From Octopus sinensis (taxonomy: Eukaryota): a DNA stretch of 64,000 nucleotides. Of this stretch, positions 36,051 through 50,298 are shown piece after piece. The stretch is taken from assembly GCF_006345805.1 (NCBI RefSeq), contig NW_021833118.1, forward strand, positions 1-64,000, in the 5' to 3' direction. The stretch's first letter is position 1, and each line of letters starts with the position of its first letter. The position numbers and the translations under genes are program-made. Under the pieces are notes generated by a model, which saw only the letters and a program-made list of their open reading frames with translations, was not told the DNA's origin and did not search any database.

Positions 36051-36493
36051 AGTAAATATTTCGTTTACATAATATTTAGTATAATGTAGTTTAGTATAAT
36101 ATATGATATTTGCCATATTATGCGATATAAGTAAAATTAAATAGAAAAAAGCTGGAAAAATCAGAAACATCGAAAACGAAACAGTGTATATGTATGAATA
36201 AATGAGTAAATAAGAAAATAAAAAATATATCATGAGGAGAATAACGGTGGTGATGCAGGAAGATAGAAAGAGAGTATATAAAGAAGCAATAAAGGTTGTA
36301 TTTAAATATGTTTATGGGTAACAGTTTGGGCAGCAATAATAACGGTGCTTGAAGAAAGAAAATGAAAAGACTCGTAATAATAGTTAGAATTCATGAAATA
36401 ACAGTAAAAATAATAATAATGTTGATGATGATGATGATGATGACGATGCCGATGATGATGATAACGATAATAATAATAATAATAATAATAATA

Positions 36494-36567
<74 letters not shown>

Positions 36568-36629
36568 TTATATTATTATTATTATTATATTATTATTATT
36601 ATCATTATTATTATTATTATTATTATCAT

Positions 36630-36990
36630 ATTGACAAATTATATAAATATAAGGACCTGAAAATTGAAATACAAAAGATATGACATCCTAAAGCGAGAAG
36701 TGTTCCTGTTATTGTGGGTGCTTTTACCTCCCTAAGATTTCAGTCATACTATAACATCTCTTATCCTTCGCTTGCCCTAGATCGCTGGGTGCGTTCTCGG
36801 CAAGTGATTGTAACAAACATGCAGATTAAAAGTAGAGTATTGCTCATATACTACGGAAAGCACTCTCCATCTAAAGTGAAATAAATATGGTGGTAATTTT
36901 AGCATGCATAGCAAAACAAAAGTGCCCTTGCTACTCTTGGCCTCCGGAGGCTGCACAGAACTAATGCAGCTGAAATAAAGTTATAATGGA
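36630..36990 (+). mobile_element. R4/Dong 3' fragment (longer mirror copy at ~41890-42455)
   Basis: KLYKYKDLKIEIQKI*HPKARSVPVIVGA matches the Dong C-terminus KYKDLEIE..IPIIVGALG. Followed by a 3' UTR and (GAT/AAT)n. Confidence 0.7.
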
Positions 36991-37026
36991 AAGAAACTAT
37001 AAATGATGATGATGATGATGATAACG

Positions 37027-37088
<62 letters not shown>

Positions 37089-37118
37089 GATGATGATGAT
37101 GACGATGATAATGATGAC

Positions 37119-37167
<49 letters not shown>

Positions 37168-37384
37168 TTGATAATGATGATGACGATGATGATGATATAA
37201 ACAAGTTTTTATGCATAGCTGAATAAAAGAATGCTTGGAGATGTTCACAGTTTTATCAGTAAACAATACATTTGTATGTCACATCATGAAACTCTGAGTT
37301 TTCGTGGACATCTTTGTCTATTTACCCTAAATAAGACACAGCTATATCGTATTACACAGTAAGACGACGAGTCGGTTGAATCGT

Positions 37385-37570
37385 TCTTACGCACAGCAAA
37401 ATGCTTAGCAACATTTTGTCTGTCTTTACGTTCTGAGTTCAAATTCCGTCGAGGTTGAGTTGCTGTTCATCTTTTCGGAGTCGATAAAGCGAGTACCAAT
37501 TGAGTACTGAGGTCGATGTTATCGAGTTACTCATTCCCCCGAAATTGCTGGCCTCGTGCCAAAGTTTGAA
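37385..37570 (+). mobile_element. SINE, Nin/Deu-like (mirror ~41250-41440)
   Basis: TTACGTTCTGAGTTCAAATTCCGTCGAGGT..TTCATCTTTTCGGAGTCGATAAA..GAAATTGCTGGCCTCGTGCCAAAG. Confidence 0.8.
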
Positions 37571-37789
37571 ACAAATATCACATTACACAGAGGATATAAA
37601 TTATGCGTCTATCCATTTTGATAACATAAGAGACTATTAATAGATGCAAAAAAATATGTTATATTCACCTATCATTTTTATGTTTATTTATATAATTGTT
37701 TCATCCAGTCAAATGGATTTTATACAAAAACCTGATGAGTCGATGATTAATCGATATCGCTGCAATGTGTTGTTACACATCTTTGGCTA

Positions 37790-38083
37790 CCTTCGGTCAT
37801 CGCTGACCATGGGTATCACGTCCGTCCATTTATTGTCCAGGTTGGGCCCCTCGACTTGAGCCATGGAGACCAATGCGAGAATGGCAGTCTCGGTCGCATC
37901 TGTATGTAGATTCCGGTCTGTCGGCTTTCGATCCCTTACATCGGGCTCGCTTTTCTGCAGCTACAGCTGACAGCATCACTTCACCGATCCGTAGCTGTTT
38001 GAGAAGTGTGCTTTTTTACCTAGCGTGGTCTGCTGTCAGGTCCTCCCAGGAGTTGATGTCGATGTTGAGCGCCTCCCTGTCCC
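37790..38083 (-). mobile_element. Inverted duplicate of the last ~300 bp of the central RTE, forming the inner end of the left arm
   Basis: Reverse complement of 40708-41015. Homology stops abruptly at CTCCCTGTCCC|AAAATAAC. Confidence 0.9.
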
Positions 38084-38285
38084 AAAATAACTCCTTATAC
38101 TGAAGTCTAATATTTCCCTCCATTTAACTATATCACATCATCTCTGCTGAAGGAATGTTCCTAATATCCCAGAAACAGCTGTAAAACTAAATTTCTCTTT
38201 ATAGATATCCTGAAAATTCCACACAAGCTTGGCTTTGCTGTCTAATTTTATTTAACACACACACACATACACACACACACACATG

Positions 38286-38340
<55 letters not shown>

Positions 38341-38725
38341 ATTTATGTATCTATCTATCTATCTATCTATATATATATATATACATGTGTGTGTATTCGG
38401 TATTGCTGGTCAATTTGTAGTAAACAACAAAATATCTACTAATGATGTACCTCCTTGAGTAAATGTTATTTTTATTACTGAGCTGATCGAGGCACAAGTT
38501 TCGCCGTCATGGCTTGGTTAACCAGTTGCCATGGTAATCGCGTTGTTTCAGCTGAGATAGCACTAGCTGGAGTAAAAGAATGAGTAATTTCCCTTGAATT
38601 ATTATCTATGCGGTGTGAGCGAGTTATTTCCTCCTTGTTGATTACGATGTCGAAATTTAGATTTTACTTTAAATTACAATTGTCAGAGTGTGTGTGTGTG
38701 TGGTCACATACATACATACATATTA

Positions 38726-38775
<50 letters not shown>

Positions 38776-38776
38776 G

Positions 38777-38827
<51 letters not shown>

Positions 38828-38832
<5 letters not shown>

Positions 38833-39132
38833 TAAATAAGGGTAGAAATTGATATTAATCAATTAAAACCAGTGGCCTAGCATATTTTTTAAAAATCCGA
38901 AGATTAAAAGTTTCTTACATACAAAATTTATAGGACTGATCACTAAAAGTGGACAGTCTATGTGCTAGATATAGACGTCAAAATCGCTATTTTCCACGAA
39001 GAATGTGTTCTCAAGAAAAGCTCTTTTTGATGAGTTTTTTCTTGAGAACACATTCTTCGTGGAAAATAGCGATTTTGACGTCTATATCTAGCATATAGAC
39101 TGTCCACTTTTAGTGATCACTCCTATAAATTT

Positions 39133-39137
<5 letters not shown>
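38828..39137. repeat. Fold-back element between (TA)n runs in the palindrome spacer
   Basis: 101 bp inverted arms (38919-39019 and 39037-39137, two mismatches, 17 nt loop) plus a ~90 bp unique extension ending at (TA)n. Confidence 0.85.
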
Positions 39138-39194
<57 letters not shown>

Positions 39195-39448
39195 TATAGT
39201 TCGGATAAAAGCATAAAAATAATGTTACATTAATCTGATGCGTCACGCTATACTTTTGTAGGGTATAAATATCATTATCCTTAAACAAGAATGTTGTTGA
39301 CAGTGACTTCGAAGCTTCGGCCAGCGAATACATATTTACAGGGACAATGGAGTGAACAATTCGTTTTATTACATAACTTTGCAATTGTTTTCAACGATAT
39401 TTTATTACAATAGTATTGCTGTATTATTATTGTATAATATGTGTAACA

Positions 39449-41025
39449 GTCGCTTATTTCGCCCTTGTTCTTGTACAGAGTAACAATCTTTTCATCTCTC
39501 ATGTCTTGCGGTACAGCTCCCTCTCTCCTGCATTGGCAGAGGACTTTGTGCAAAGAGCGCGGTAGGGTAATCTTGCAGCGCTTGATGAGATGTGGTGGGA
39601 TGCTGTCGCTGCCTTGAGCTTTGCCCGCAACTAGGCTGTCGATGGTCTTGCTGAGCTGATGAATACATGTTGCATTCATCGACCTCACCAAGGCTTTCGA
39701 TCTTGTCAGCAGAGACGGCTTCTTCAAGGCGATCCATATGATTGGCTGTCCTCCAACACTGCACAGCTTAATCGAGTTCTTTCACTCAAACATGTAGGGG
39801 ACTGAGCAGTTCAACGGCAACCTCTCTGAGCCCTTCGACATACGCAACGGAGCCAAGCAGGGCTGTGTGCTCGCCCCAAAGATCTTTGTGATCTTTTTCT
39901 CTCTCCTTCTGAGATGCGCATTCGGCACAGCACCAGAAGGGATCTACATGCGGACCAGATCAGATGGCAGACCCTTCAATCTCGCCTGTCTAAAAGCGAG
40001 GACAAAGGTCTGTGAAGCTGTCATCAGAAACATTCTATTTGCTGACCACGCTGCAGTTACGGCCCACTCCCAACGGGAGCTGCAGCTGCTAATGGACCGC
40101 TTCTCTCAGGCCTGTAAGGATTTTGAGCTGACCATCAGCCTGAAGAATACAAACGCCCTGGCGCAAGGCACACCAGCACAACCTGCCGTCACCATCAATG
40201 ACTACGAACTTGAAGTTGTTCATCTGTTCACCTACCTTGAGTCCATAACTGACAACCTCTCTTTCGATGCCGTGATTGACAAGAGAATTGGGAAGGCAAG
40301 CACTACGCTCACGCGCCTCACATCAAGAATGTGGACAAACCCACAGTTGACAGCGAAAACTAAGATGGCTGTGTACAACGCCTGTGTCCTCAGCACCCTG
40401 TTGTATGGCTGCGAGACATGGACCACATACATCGTCAGAAAAAAATAGCTGAACAGCTTCCATCTCAGAAGCCTACGACGCATACTGGGCATCTCTTGCC
40501 AGGACGAGATGACCAACACCGACGTTCTGACTTGTGGTGGCTTCCCTTCCATGTACACCTTGCTGAGACAACGTCGACTACGCTGGCTAGGCCATGTTCG
40601 CCGTATGGAGGACGGCCAAATCTCAAAAGACATTCTCTACAGAGAATTCGCAGCAGGACAGAGAAACAAGAGCCGCCCGCAGCTGAGGTACAAGAACGTG
40701 TGCAAGAGGGACAGGGAGGCGCTCAACATCGACATCAACTCCTGGGAGGACCTAGCAGCAGACCACACTAGGTAAAAAAGCACACTTCTCAAACAGTTAC
40801 GGATCGGTGAAGTGAAGCTGTCAGCTGTAGCTGCAGAAAAGCGAGCCCGATGTAAGGGATCGAAAGCCGACAGACCGGAATCTACATACAGATGCGACCG
40901 AGACTGCCATTCTCGCATTGGTCTCCATGGCCACAAGAGGCGCTGCTCAAGCCCAGTGGCCCAACCTGGACAATAAATGGACGGACGTGATACCCATGGT
41001 CAGCGATGACCGAAGGTATCCAAAG
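39449..41025 (+). mobile_element. RTE-clade LINE, 5'-truncated with an inverted 5' segment and candidate 10 bp TSD
   Basis: Plus strand AFIDLTKAFD, GAKQGCVLAP, LFADHAA, VLSTLLYGCETW, RQRRLRWLGHVRRMEDG. The upstream RT part (GKAQGSDSIP..IVTLYKNKGEISDC) lies on the minus strand at 39449-~39662. ATGTGTAACA at 39439-39448 and 41026-41035. Confidence 0.85.
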
Positions 41026-41650
41026 ATGTGTAACAACACGTTGCAGCGATACTATTATGGTGATATCGATTAATCATCGACTCATCAGGTTTTTGTATAA
41101 AATCCATTTGACTGGATGAAACAATTAAATAAATAAACATAAAAATGATAGGTGAATATAACATATTTTTTTGCATCTATTAATAGTCTCTTATGTTATC
41201 AAAATGGATAGACGCATAATTTATATCCTCTGTGTAATGTGATATTTGTTTCAAACTTTGGCACGAGGCCAGCAATTTCGGGGGAGTGAGTAACTCGATA
41301 ATATCGACCTAAGTACTCAATTGGTACTCATTTTATCGACTCCGAAAAGATGAACAGCAACTCGACCTCGACGGAATTTGAACTCAGAACGTAAAGACAG
41401 ACAAAATGTTGCTAAGCATTTTGCTGTGCGTAAGAACGATTCAACCGACTCGTCGTCTTACTGTGTAATACGATATAGCTGTGTCTTATTTAGGGTAAAT
41501 AGACAAAGATGTCCACGAAAATTTAGAGTTTCATGATGTGACATACAAAAGTATTGTTTACTGATAAAACTGTGAACATCTCTAAGCATTCTTTTATTCA
41601 GCTATGCCTAAAAACCTGCTTATATCATCATCATCGTCATCATCATCATC

Positions 41651-41692
<42 letters not shown>

Positions 41693-41708
41693 CATCATCA
41701 TCATCATC

Positions 41709-41765
<57 letters not shown>

Positions 41766-41793
41766 ATTATTATTATTATCATTATTATTATTA

Positions 41794-41824
<31 letters not shown>

Positions 41825-42504
41825 CATTATTATTATTATATTATTATTATTATTATTATCATCATCATCTTCATCATCATTTATGGTTTCCTTCCATTAA
41901 AACTTTATTTCAGCTTCATTAGTTCTGTGCAACCTTCGGAGGCCAAGAGTAGCAAGGGCACTTTTGTTTTGCTATGCATGCTAAAATTACCACCATATAT
42001 ATTTCACTTTAGATGGAGAGTGCTTTCCGTAGTATATGAGCAATACCCATTATTATTATTATTACTACTTTTTACTTTTAATCTGCATGTTTGTTACAAT
42101 CACTTGCCGAGAACGCACCCAGCGATCTAGGGCAAGCGAAGTATAAGAGATGTTATAGTATGACTGAAATCTTAGGGAGGTAAAATGGCAGGGACAGTAG
42201 CGAAATATCTTCATGTAATACAACGCAAACATTTAAGTGGATAGGGTTTTTCTAAGGATGTGGATAGCACATGACAGCTCAATTTTTGGATTTCTCTGAG
42301 ACATGGATCTTCTGGGATGTTATCTAGATGTTTCTGACATCCCTTTTTTTATCATACCTAAAGCACCCACAATAACAGGAACAGTTCTCGCTTTAAGATG
42401 TCATATCTTTTGTATTTCAATTTTCAGGTCCTTATATTTATATAATTTGACAATATGATAATAATAATAATAATAATGATAATAATAATAATAATATAAT
42501 AATA

Positions 42505-42558
<54 letters not shown>

Positions 42559-42575
42559 ATGATAATAAAAATAAA

Positions 42576-42626
<51 letters not shown>

Positions 42627-42673
42627 TAATAATAATAATATATAATAATAATAATGATAATAATAATAATATA

Positions 42674-42719
<46 letters not shown>

Positions 42720-42749
42720 TATTATTATTATAATGATAATAAAAATAAA

Positions 42750-42795
<46 letters not shown>

Positions 42796-42815
42796 TAATA
42801 ATAATAATAATTATA

Positions 42816-42865
<50 letters not shown>

Positions 42866-43481
42866 CGATATCATCATCATCATCATCATCATCATCATCG
42901 TCATCATCATCATCATCAACATTATTATTATTTTAACCATTATTTCATGAATTCTAACTATTATTACGAGTCTTTTCATTTTCTTTCTTCAAGCACCGTT
43001 ATTATTGCTGCCCAAACTGTTACCCATAAACATATTTAAATACAACCTTTATTGCTTCTTTATATACTCTCTTTCTATCTTCCTGCATCACCACCGTTAT
43101 TCTCCTCATGATATATTTTTTCATTTTCTTATTTACTCATTTATTCATACATATACACTGTTTCGTTTTCGATGTTTCTGATTTTTCCAGCTTTTTTCTA
43201 TTTAATTTTACTTATATCGCATAATATGGCAAATATCATATATTATACTAAACTACATTATACTAAATATTATGTAAACGAACTCTTTACTCTTTTACTC
43301 TTTTATTTGTTTCAGTCATGTGACTGTGACCATGCTGGAGCACAGCCTTTAGTCGAGCAAAGGACTTATTCTTTGTAAGCCTAGTACTTATTCTATCGGT
43401 CTCTTTTGCCGAACCGCTAAGTTACGGGAACGTAAACACACCAGCATCGGTTGTTAAGCTATGTTGGGGGGGACAAACATA

Positions 43482-43536
<55 letters not shown>

Positions 43537-44870
43537 GTACATACATATATACGACGGCCTTCTTTCAGTTTCCGTCTACCAAGTCCACTGACAAGGCCTT
43601 GGTCGGCCCGAGGCTATAGTAGAAGACACTTGCCCAAGGTGCCACGCAGTGGGACTGAACCTGGAACCATGTAGTTGGTAAGCAAGCTACTTACCACACA
43701 GCCACTCCTTCGTTTTTGTTTTACTTTCTACAAACACAGACACACACACATGTATGCATGCATAAGTATAAAGAGTTTATATGTACTTTCGTAATTGAGA
43801 CAAGAATTCCAGATCTGAGATTTTTAGTAAATGTAAACATGGACAAATTTATTTTGTTGAACTGGAGAATACCACCCTCTCTGAATTAAGTATGCAGTCT
43901 CACAAACTTTAGCCTTCTCCCTGTGAAGCAATTTACACAAACCATATAATAATTTATTCGAGTAAGCAAAAGGGGTGCAATCAAGCTGATGAAGGAAGTG
44001 AATGTCCATTTAAAATTCAAGGTCATTTTTTGCACACGAAAGGCCCTGTTAAACGCTCATATAATCTTCCTCGGCAATCTGAACTCCTGATTGGTATCCC
44101 ACCCTAATCTCTTATAGATCTGATGAAAACAGAAGGAACATGAGAAACGACTAGAGGGAGAGGGTCAAATAAAAGTGGATGAGAAAAAAACCCCAGAAAT
44201 TTAAAAGTTGCGTCCTTTGTGCCCATTCGAATCAATTCTAAAACGGTTTGTGTATAAATTAATGTAACAGGGAGAAAGTCATAGTTTGTGAGACTGTATG
44301 CTTAAACCGAAGAGGATGGTGTCCTCCCGTTCAACAAAAGAAACTTGTGAATTTTTAATAAATATCTCAGATCTAAAAAGGATAGATCTTTCGGCTAAAC
44401 AAAGTCTGCATTTCCTTTGTCTATTAACGCATGGAATGAATCGTTCCACGATGATCTTAATGGTGCGTAGCGTGCATACGTCCTTCCGACATATGGATAA
44501 GAGAAAAACCACAAGATAAGTTAACCATATCTGGACTTGAGACACAAATGTAAACTGTTTATTTCAGTAATAAAAACTAACAAGTAATATTAAAATGTAA
44601 ATATTTTATTTAACAACAAATCATAATAAGTATTACAAAACATCATATGTAAAAATGTTAATTTCGTTCTTCGTTTTGTTTCTAAAAATGGAAAAATAGT
44701 TATTTCCCCTATATTTACTTTAAAGTATGACTTGAATAAGTTGTAAGTTTAATTTATATTATAAATCTCTTTATTTAGATTTGAATTAAAATATAAACTA
44801 ATGTTTTACCATAAATATATATACATGTGTGTATGGTATTGCATATGTATACATGAAAATATAAATATAT

Positions 44871-44906
<36 letters not shown>

Positions 44907-46936
44907 TTGTGTGTGTATGTTGTATGTATGTATGTATATATATATGTGTGTGTGCGTATGTGTGCGTATGTGTGCGTATGTGTGTGTATGAATAAGTAAA
45001 CTTGTACATATGAATATGCATGTATGTAGACGTACGTGTATGTGTATGTATATATACAAAAATAGAGTGGTGTACGTACTTGTGCATATATATGTGTGTG
45101 TGTGTGTGTATGTGTTTGTGTGTGTGTGTGTCTATATGAATGTATGTATTATGCAACAAAATCGGTTATAGAACTAGATACTAATAGATTTAAATTTAAG
45201 GAATTTACAAACTTTCAGTTAGACTATTTATTTACGATTGAACTCGCTCTTAAAAGAGTTTTTTTTTTAAAGCGTTAGCAGTTAGAAAAATTTTCATTTG
45301 CTATTTTTCGTAAGGTTTTTAAGAAGATATATCTATCTGATGAAACCTCATTATATTTCAAACGATATTTCATTATTCTTGAAAAACTTGCTTTTATCAA
45401 TGGTGTGGCATCAGCTAAGTTACTACATGAGTTATTTGTTTGTATCACAAAATAAAATTGAACTGAATTTATCATTTAAAGATTGAATTATTTTATTGTT
45501 GAATTTATTATTTTGGTTTCCATTTCTAATATATATTTCTGTATGTTTATTTTATTTATTTATTTATTTACCTATTTGTTAAGAGCAATAGGTCATAACA
45601 TTGTTATTTATATCGGCAAAAAGACAGTAAATTCTTTGAATATTTAATATCCCTTAGGTGGTCATTTAACACCTATATATATATATTCATATATACATAC
45701 ATACATACATACATAATATATATATATACACACACACACATACATGGTATATATATATAGTTTTTAGTATTATAAAACAGAAATGAAAATCAGATTATTA
45801 ATATATCAGGAACTCGCAACGGGTATTACAAAAATTCATGTATAAAAATATATATTTGTCATTGTTCAAATTGAGGAAAAGCTTTATCGTTTTCAACGCG
45901 ATTTTCAGAACACATTAGTGTTCAAAATACATCTTTTTTCTTTTCTCCTTTCTCTTTTATGAACGCGTTTTAATATATTTGCATTTGGAGAAATTATGGA
46001 ATCATTCTTCTTAACAGCACAATGCCAAACTGGTCTTGCATGCCATGTACATGCATGACAAGCAACATAAGAATACTTGACTGATAACATATAAATCCAA
46101 CACTAAAATTATCACTACGGGTGATAATATTTACATTACCATAGTATCCATCCTAATATGAATAATCGCCAATGTGTTGTGTACCAGCCTTAACTCAAGA
46201 TGTAAATGAGACTATGAATGTAAGATATGGAAACTTTTATGGTGGATTTGGGGTATTTACTTTTTTCATACGAGCAACATGTATTTTATACGAAAATATT
46301 AAAAATAATAGTCTCTCTACAAAAAATGAAACTAGAACACAGTCGTGTTTTCAATACAATAATGTGTATTGTGTTTTGGTACAAACAACAAATGACGGTC
46401 TGCATAATAATACAAATATATATTTTTAAGATTTTCCCAAATTTACAGTGATCGCAGATTTCCCCTTTCGGTACTTGAGAATTAGTTACAATTTTTAAAT
46501 AATGGAACTTTGTATGAAGTTGTTGTAATAAGATGAAAAATGCTGGGAGGAATGAAGTTGAAAGCAGAAAATACCGCTGTTCAATGGTGTGGGAAGGTAA
46601 GTTATTGAGCGCTTTCTTGTAGTTCAGCCACTAAGACTAATAATTAAATTTATGATGGGATGCAGTTGTTTTAATCACCATAGAAACTTGTAGATTCAAT
46701 ATTAGTGACTACAATAATATAGTTATGCGCCTCTACAATGATTATCATTAAAAGGAAAAGTAATGCACTGAGAATTACAAGTTAGCAGCTTAAAAAGCAT
46801 CATATTACTCTTCAATTTCTGTGGAAGTTAAGATGAATCATAAAATATTTACGATAACCCGCCGTCGACGGGGCGAATAGAATACAAAGATTACAGAAAA
46901 CAATCCATTTATAAAGCGTATATCTTTTTTATTTTA

Positions 46937-46979
<43 letters not shown>

Positions 46980-46996
46980 ATCTATCTATATATCTG

Positions 46997-47061
<65 letters not shown>

Positions 47062-47315
47062 TCATTATTTGTCTGTCTGTATGCCTGTCTGTCTCTTCTG
47101 TCTGCCTTCTCTGTCTGTCTCTTTTTGTCTCTCTCACCCTGTCTCTCCCTGTCTGTCTGTCTCTCCCTGTCTGTCTGTCTCTCCCTGTCTGTCTGTCTGT
47201 CTCTCCTTCTCCCTCTCATTCACTCACTCTCTTACCCAATTTAACGCTATTTCTAAAACATCTGTTATATGCTATCTATCTGACCTTTTAGTCTACGATT
47301 CATTTACTGATTTAA

Positions 47316-47352
<37 letters not shown>

Positions 47353-47361
47353 ATATATATA

Positions 47362-47392
<31 letters not shown>

Positions 47393-47581
47393 ATATCTGT
47401 CTATCCATTTATTTGTCTGTCTGTATGCCTGTCTGTCTGTCTCTCTCTCTCTGTGTCTCTCTCTCTCCCTCTCTCTCATTCACTCACTCTCTCACCCAAA
47501 TTAACGTTATTTCTAGAACATGTCATATGCTATATATCTGAGCTTTTAGTCTGCGATTCATTTTCTGATTTAAGTTCTCTG

Positions 47582-47618
<37 letters not shown>

Positions 47619-50298
47619 TTGAAATATCTTAATACACTATTAAAATCGTTATGAAGCTATTATTCATATTCAATTTTTAAACCCATTAAATATGTTTCTA
47701 TGTCAATTAAAACAATTGAATCACCTCAGTATTTTCTAATTTTGTAATTATAATCTTAGCTATCCAGGTAACAGGACATCACTAGTTTAATCTAACCTTC
47801 TCCTTGCTGGGTATCCTATTCATCCTCTCTCACATTTCTTTTACACGTCTTTTCGCCGTTTTACATCTAGATTCGTTCACACCTCAACTATGTATATATT
47901 TGTATTCAAAAAGCAATTAGCACATTCTGATGAAGCAAAAGGAAAAAAAGTATTGCCTATGTATTCTTTGTTCAGCCTAAATACTTCTTTTTCTACCTAG
48001 ACTGTAGTTTAGTATGCCAGCGATTCGGTTTGGGGAGCATTGACATAACTTTTTTTTATTTTTACAGTTATCACTATCTTCCTGCTGTCTAAAACAATAA
48101 GACTGCAATAACAATGGCAATATACTATGGTTTACACCGCCATGTAGCCTTAAGGGGAAATCCATTATTGTCCTTACTTCCGAAAATAGTTTTTTACGCG
48201 GTATGTTTTAAACTGTTTAATCAGCGAAAAGTAAGGATTTGGAGAATGGTTTCAAATATTGGCACAACGCCTGCAATTTAAGGGGTAGGGCTAAATCTGT
48301 TACGTTTATACCAGTACTCAACCCGTACTTATTTTATCGACTCTGAAAGGATGAATGGCACGGCAAAGTTAATCTCGGCGGAATTTGAATTTAGAACATA
48401 AAGGCAGACGAAAAGCCGCTTAGCATTTTGTCCGGCATACTAACGATTCTGGAAGGTTTTAAGATATCACGTGACTGATATGGGCTTCACCCTCGCAGCG
48501 AAATAAGTGTCCGAAACCATCAAGTGAAGCCATAAAACAAGAAACCAACTATGAACAGAAATCAACAGTTCGAAGTAACAAGAGAGATAACTAAAACTGG
48601 AAAAATGGAGAGTTATGTCACGTAAGTAATTTAAATTTAGGCTGAACCGAATATCTGATGTACGAACTTACATATCGGAACAGGCGGCAGATTTAAACCA
48701 AAACATGATCACTGTATTTTAAAATCCAGATAAGGCTGAATACCGAAGACTTTTAATAGCAACCAATAATATAAACAGCCTTCAAGAAATTTTTGGACAT
48801 GAGATTATTAGTGACATTGCATATATTTGTTATCATAAAAGGTGTATTTGAATATATCAATAGAGAAGTTGATACTAGAAATTTATTTCAACTGTTTTGT
48901 GAAATAAGAACACACACACACACACATATACATCTTATACAAACGCGCTTTTATTAAAGCATTGTATTAGTTATAAGCTTGAGGATAATGGTTCGAATCA
49001 TACTTCTACCCTTTCAGTATCACTCATTAACTCTTTTAGTATATACGCTTCACTTCTGCTGTCTACAACTATTAAATACCAATGCTCTGGACAAAACAGC
49101 GTTTATAATTGTTAGATTAACATAAAGAAACCCACAATTTACTTCAATGGTTATACGATCTCAACGAGTGGATATTTACGCGTCAACTCGAGTTGATAAA
49201 ATTAGAAGTCAAAAATCTACCTCCGTTCTAAAGCAAAAACTGGACATGATAGATAACGTAATCCTAGAAAAATTATTTACATACCAGACGGGATGGTCGT
49301 GGCTATTCAATAGGTTCGAACCTAGAGTTAAACAATAATAACGTCAATGAAGACAGCTTTCACTAATTATGAATAAATACCATTATTGGATGGAAGTACT
49401 CCGTCGGTTACGACGATGAGGGTTCCGGTTGATCCGAATCAACGGAACAGCCTGCTCGTGAAATTAACGTGTAAGTGGCTGAGCACTCCACAGACACGTG
49501 CACCTTAACGTAGTTCTCGGGGATATTCAGCGTGACACAGAGAGTGACAAGGCCGGCCCCTTGAAATACAGGTACAACAGAAACAGGAAGTAAGAGTGAG
49601 AGAAAGTTGTGGTGAAAGAGTACAGCAGGGATCACCACCATCCCCTACCGGAGCCTCGTGGAGCTTTTTTAGGTGTTTTCGCTCAATAAACACTAAGAAC
49701 GCCCGGTCTGGGAATCGAAACCGCGATCCTATAACCGCGAGTCCGCTGCCCTAACCACTGGGCCATTGCGCCTCCACAAATACCATTATTACTACACTAT
49801 CAGACACACACGCTCACACACACACACACATTAATAATAGTGTAGTAATAATGCAAAATTAATAATGCCGTCGTAATGGTGTTGTATCACTAATACACTA
49901 TCTGTACTATATACCAGCAAGTACATCCATAACCCACGACACACATCAGTTACCAAACCCCACTCAACACACACAGACACACACACAAATACACACACAC
50001 ACACACACACATTAATAATAGTGTCGTAATAATGTAAAATTAATAATGCCGTCGTTATGGTGTTCTATCACACCATATACTGTTACTAATACACTATCTG
50101 TACTATATACCACCAAGTACATACATGACCCACGACACACATCAGTTACCAAACGCCACTCGAACCTTACACTATGCACTTACAGACCCCACAAAATTAC
50201 CTTAGCAAATCTTAGATTCGCCCCACCCCACTCTCCCCCACTTCTATCTATGATCGTATTGATTTCAGGTGATTTTCAAAGTTAATTCTTTTGCTTCC

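Larger units (their letters stand above)
19805..38083. repeat. Left arm of giant inverted repeat
   Basis: Reverse complement of 40708-64000 in blocks. Identical spurious ORFs mirror (26359/52733, 30908/48165, 32656/46429, 32995/46090) with coordinate sums near 79.1 k. The distal block 19880/63850 sums near 83.7 k. Confidence 0.95.
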
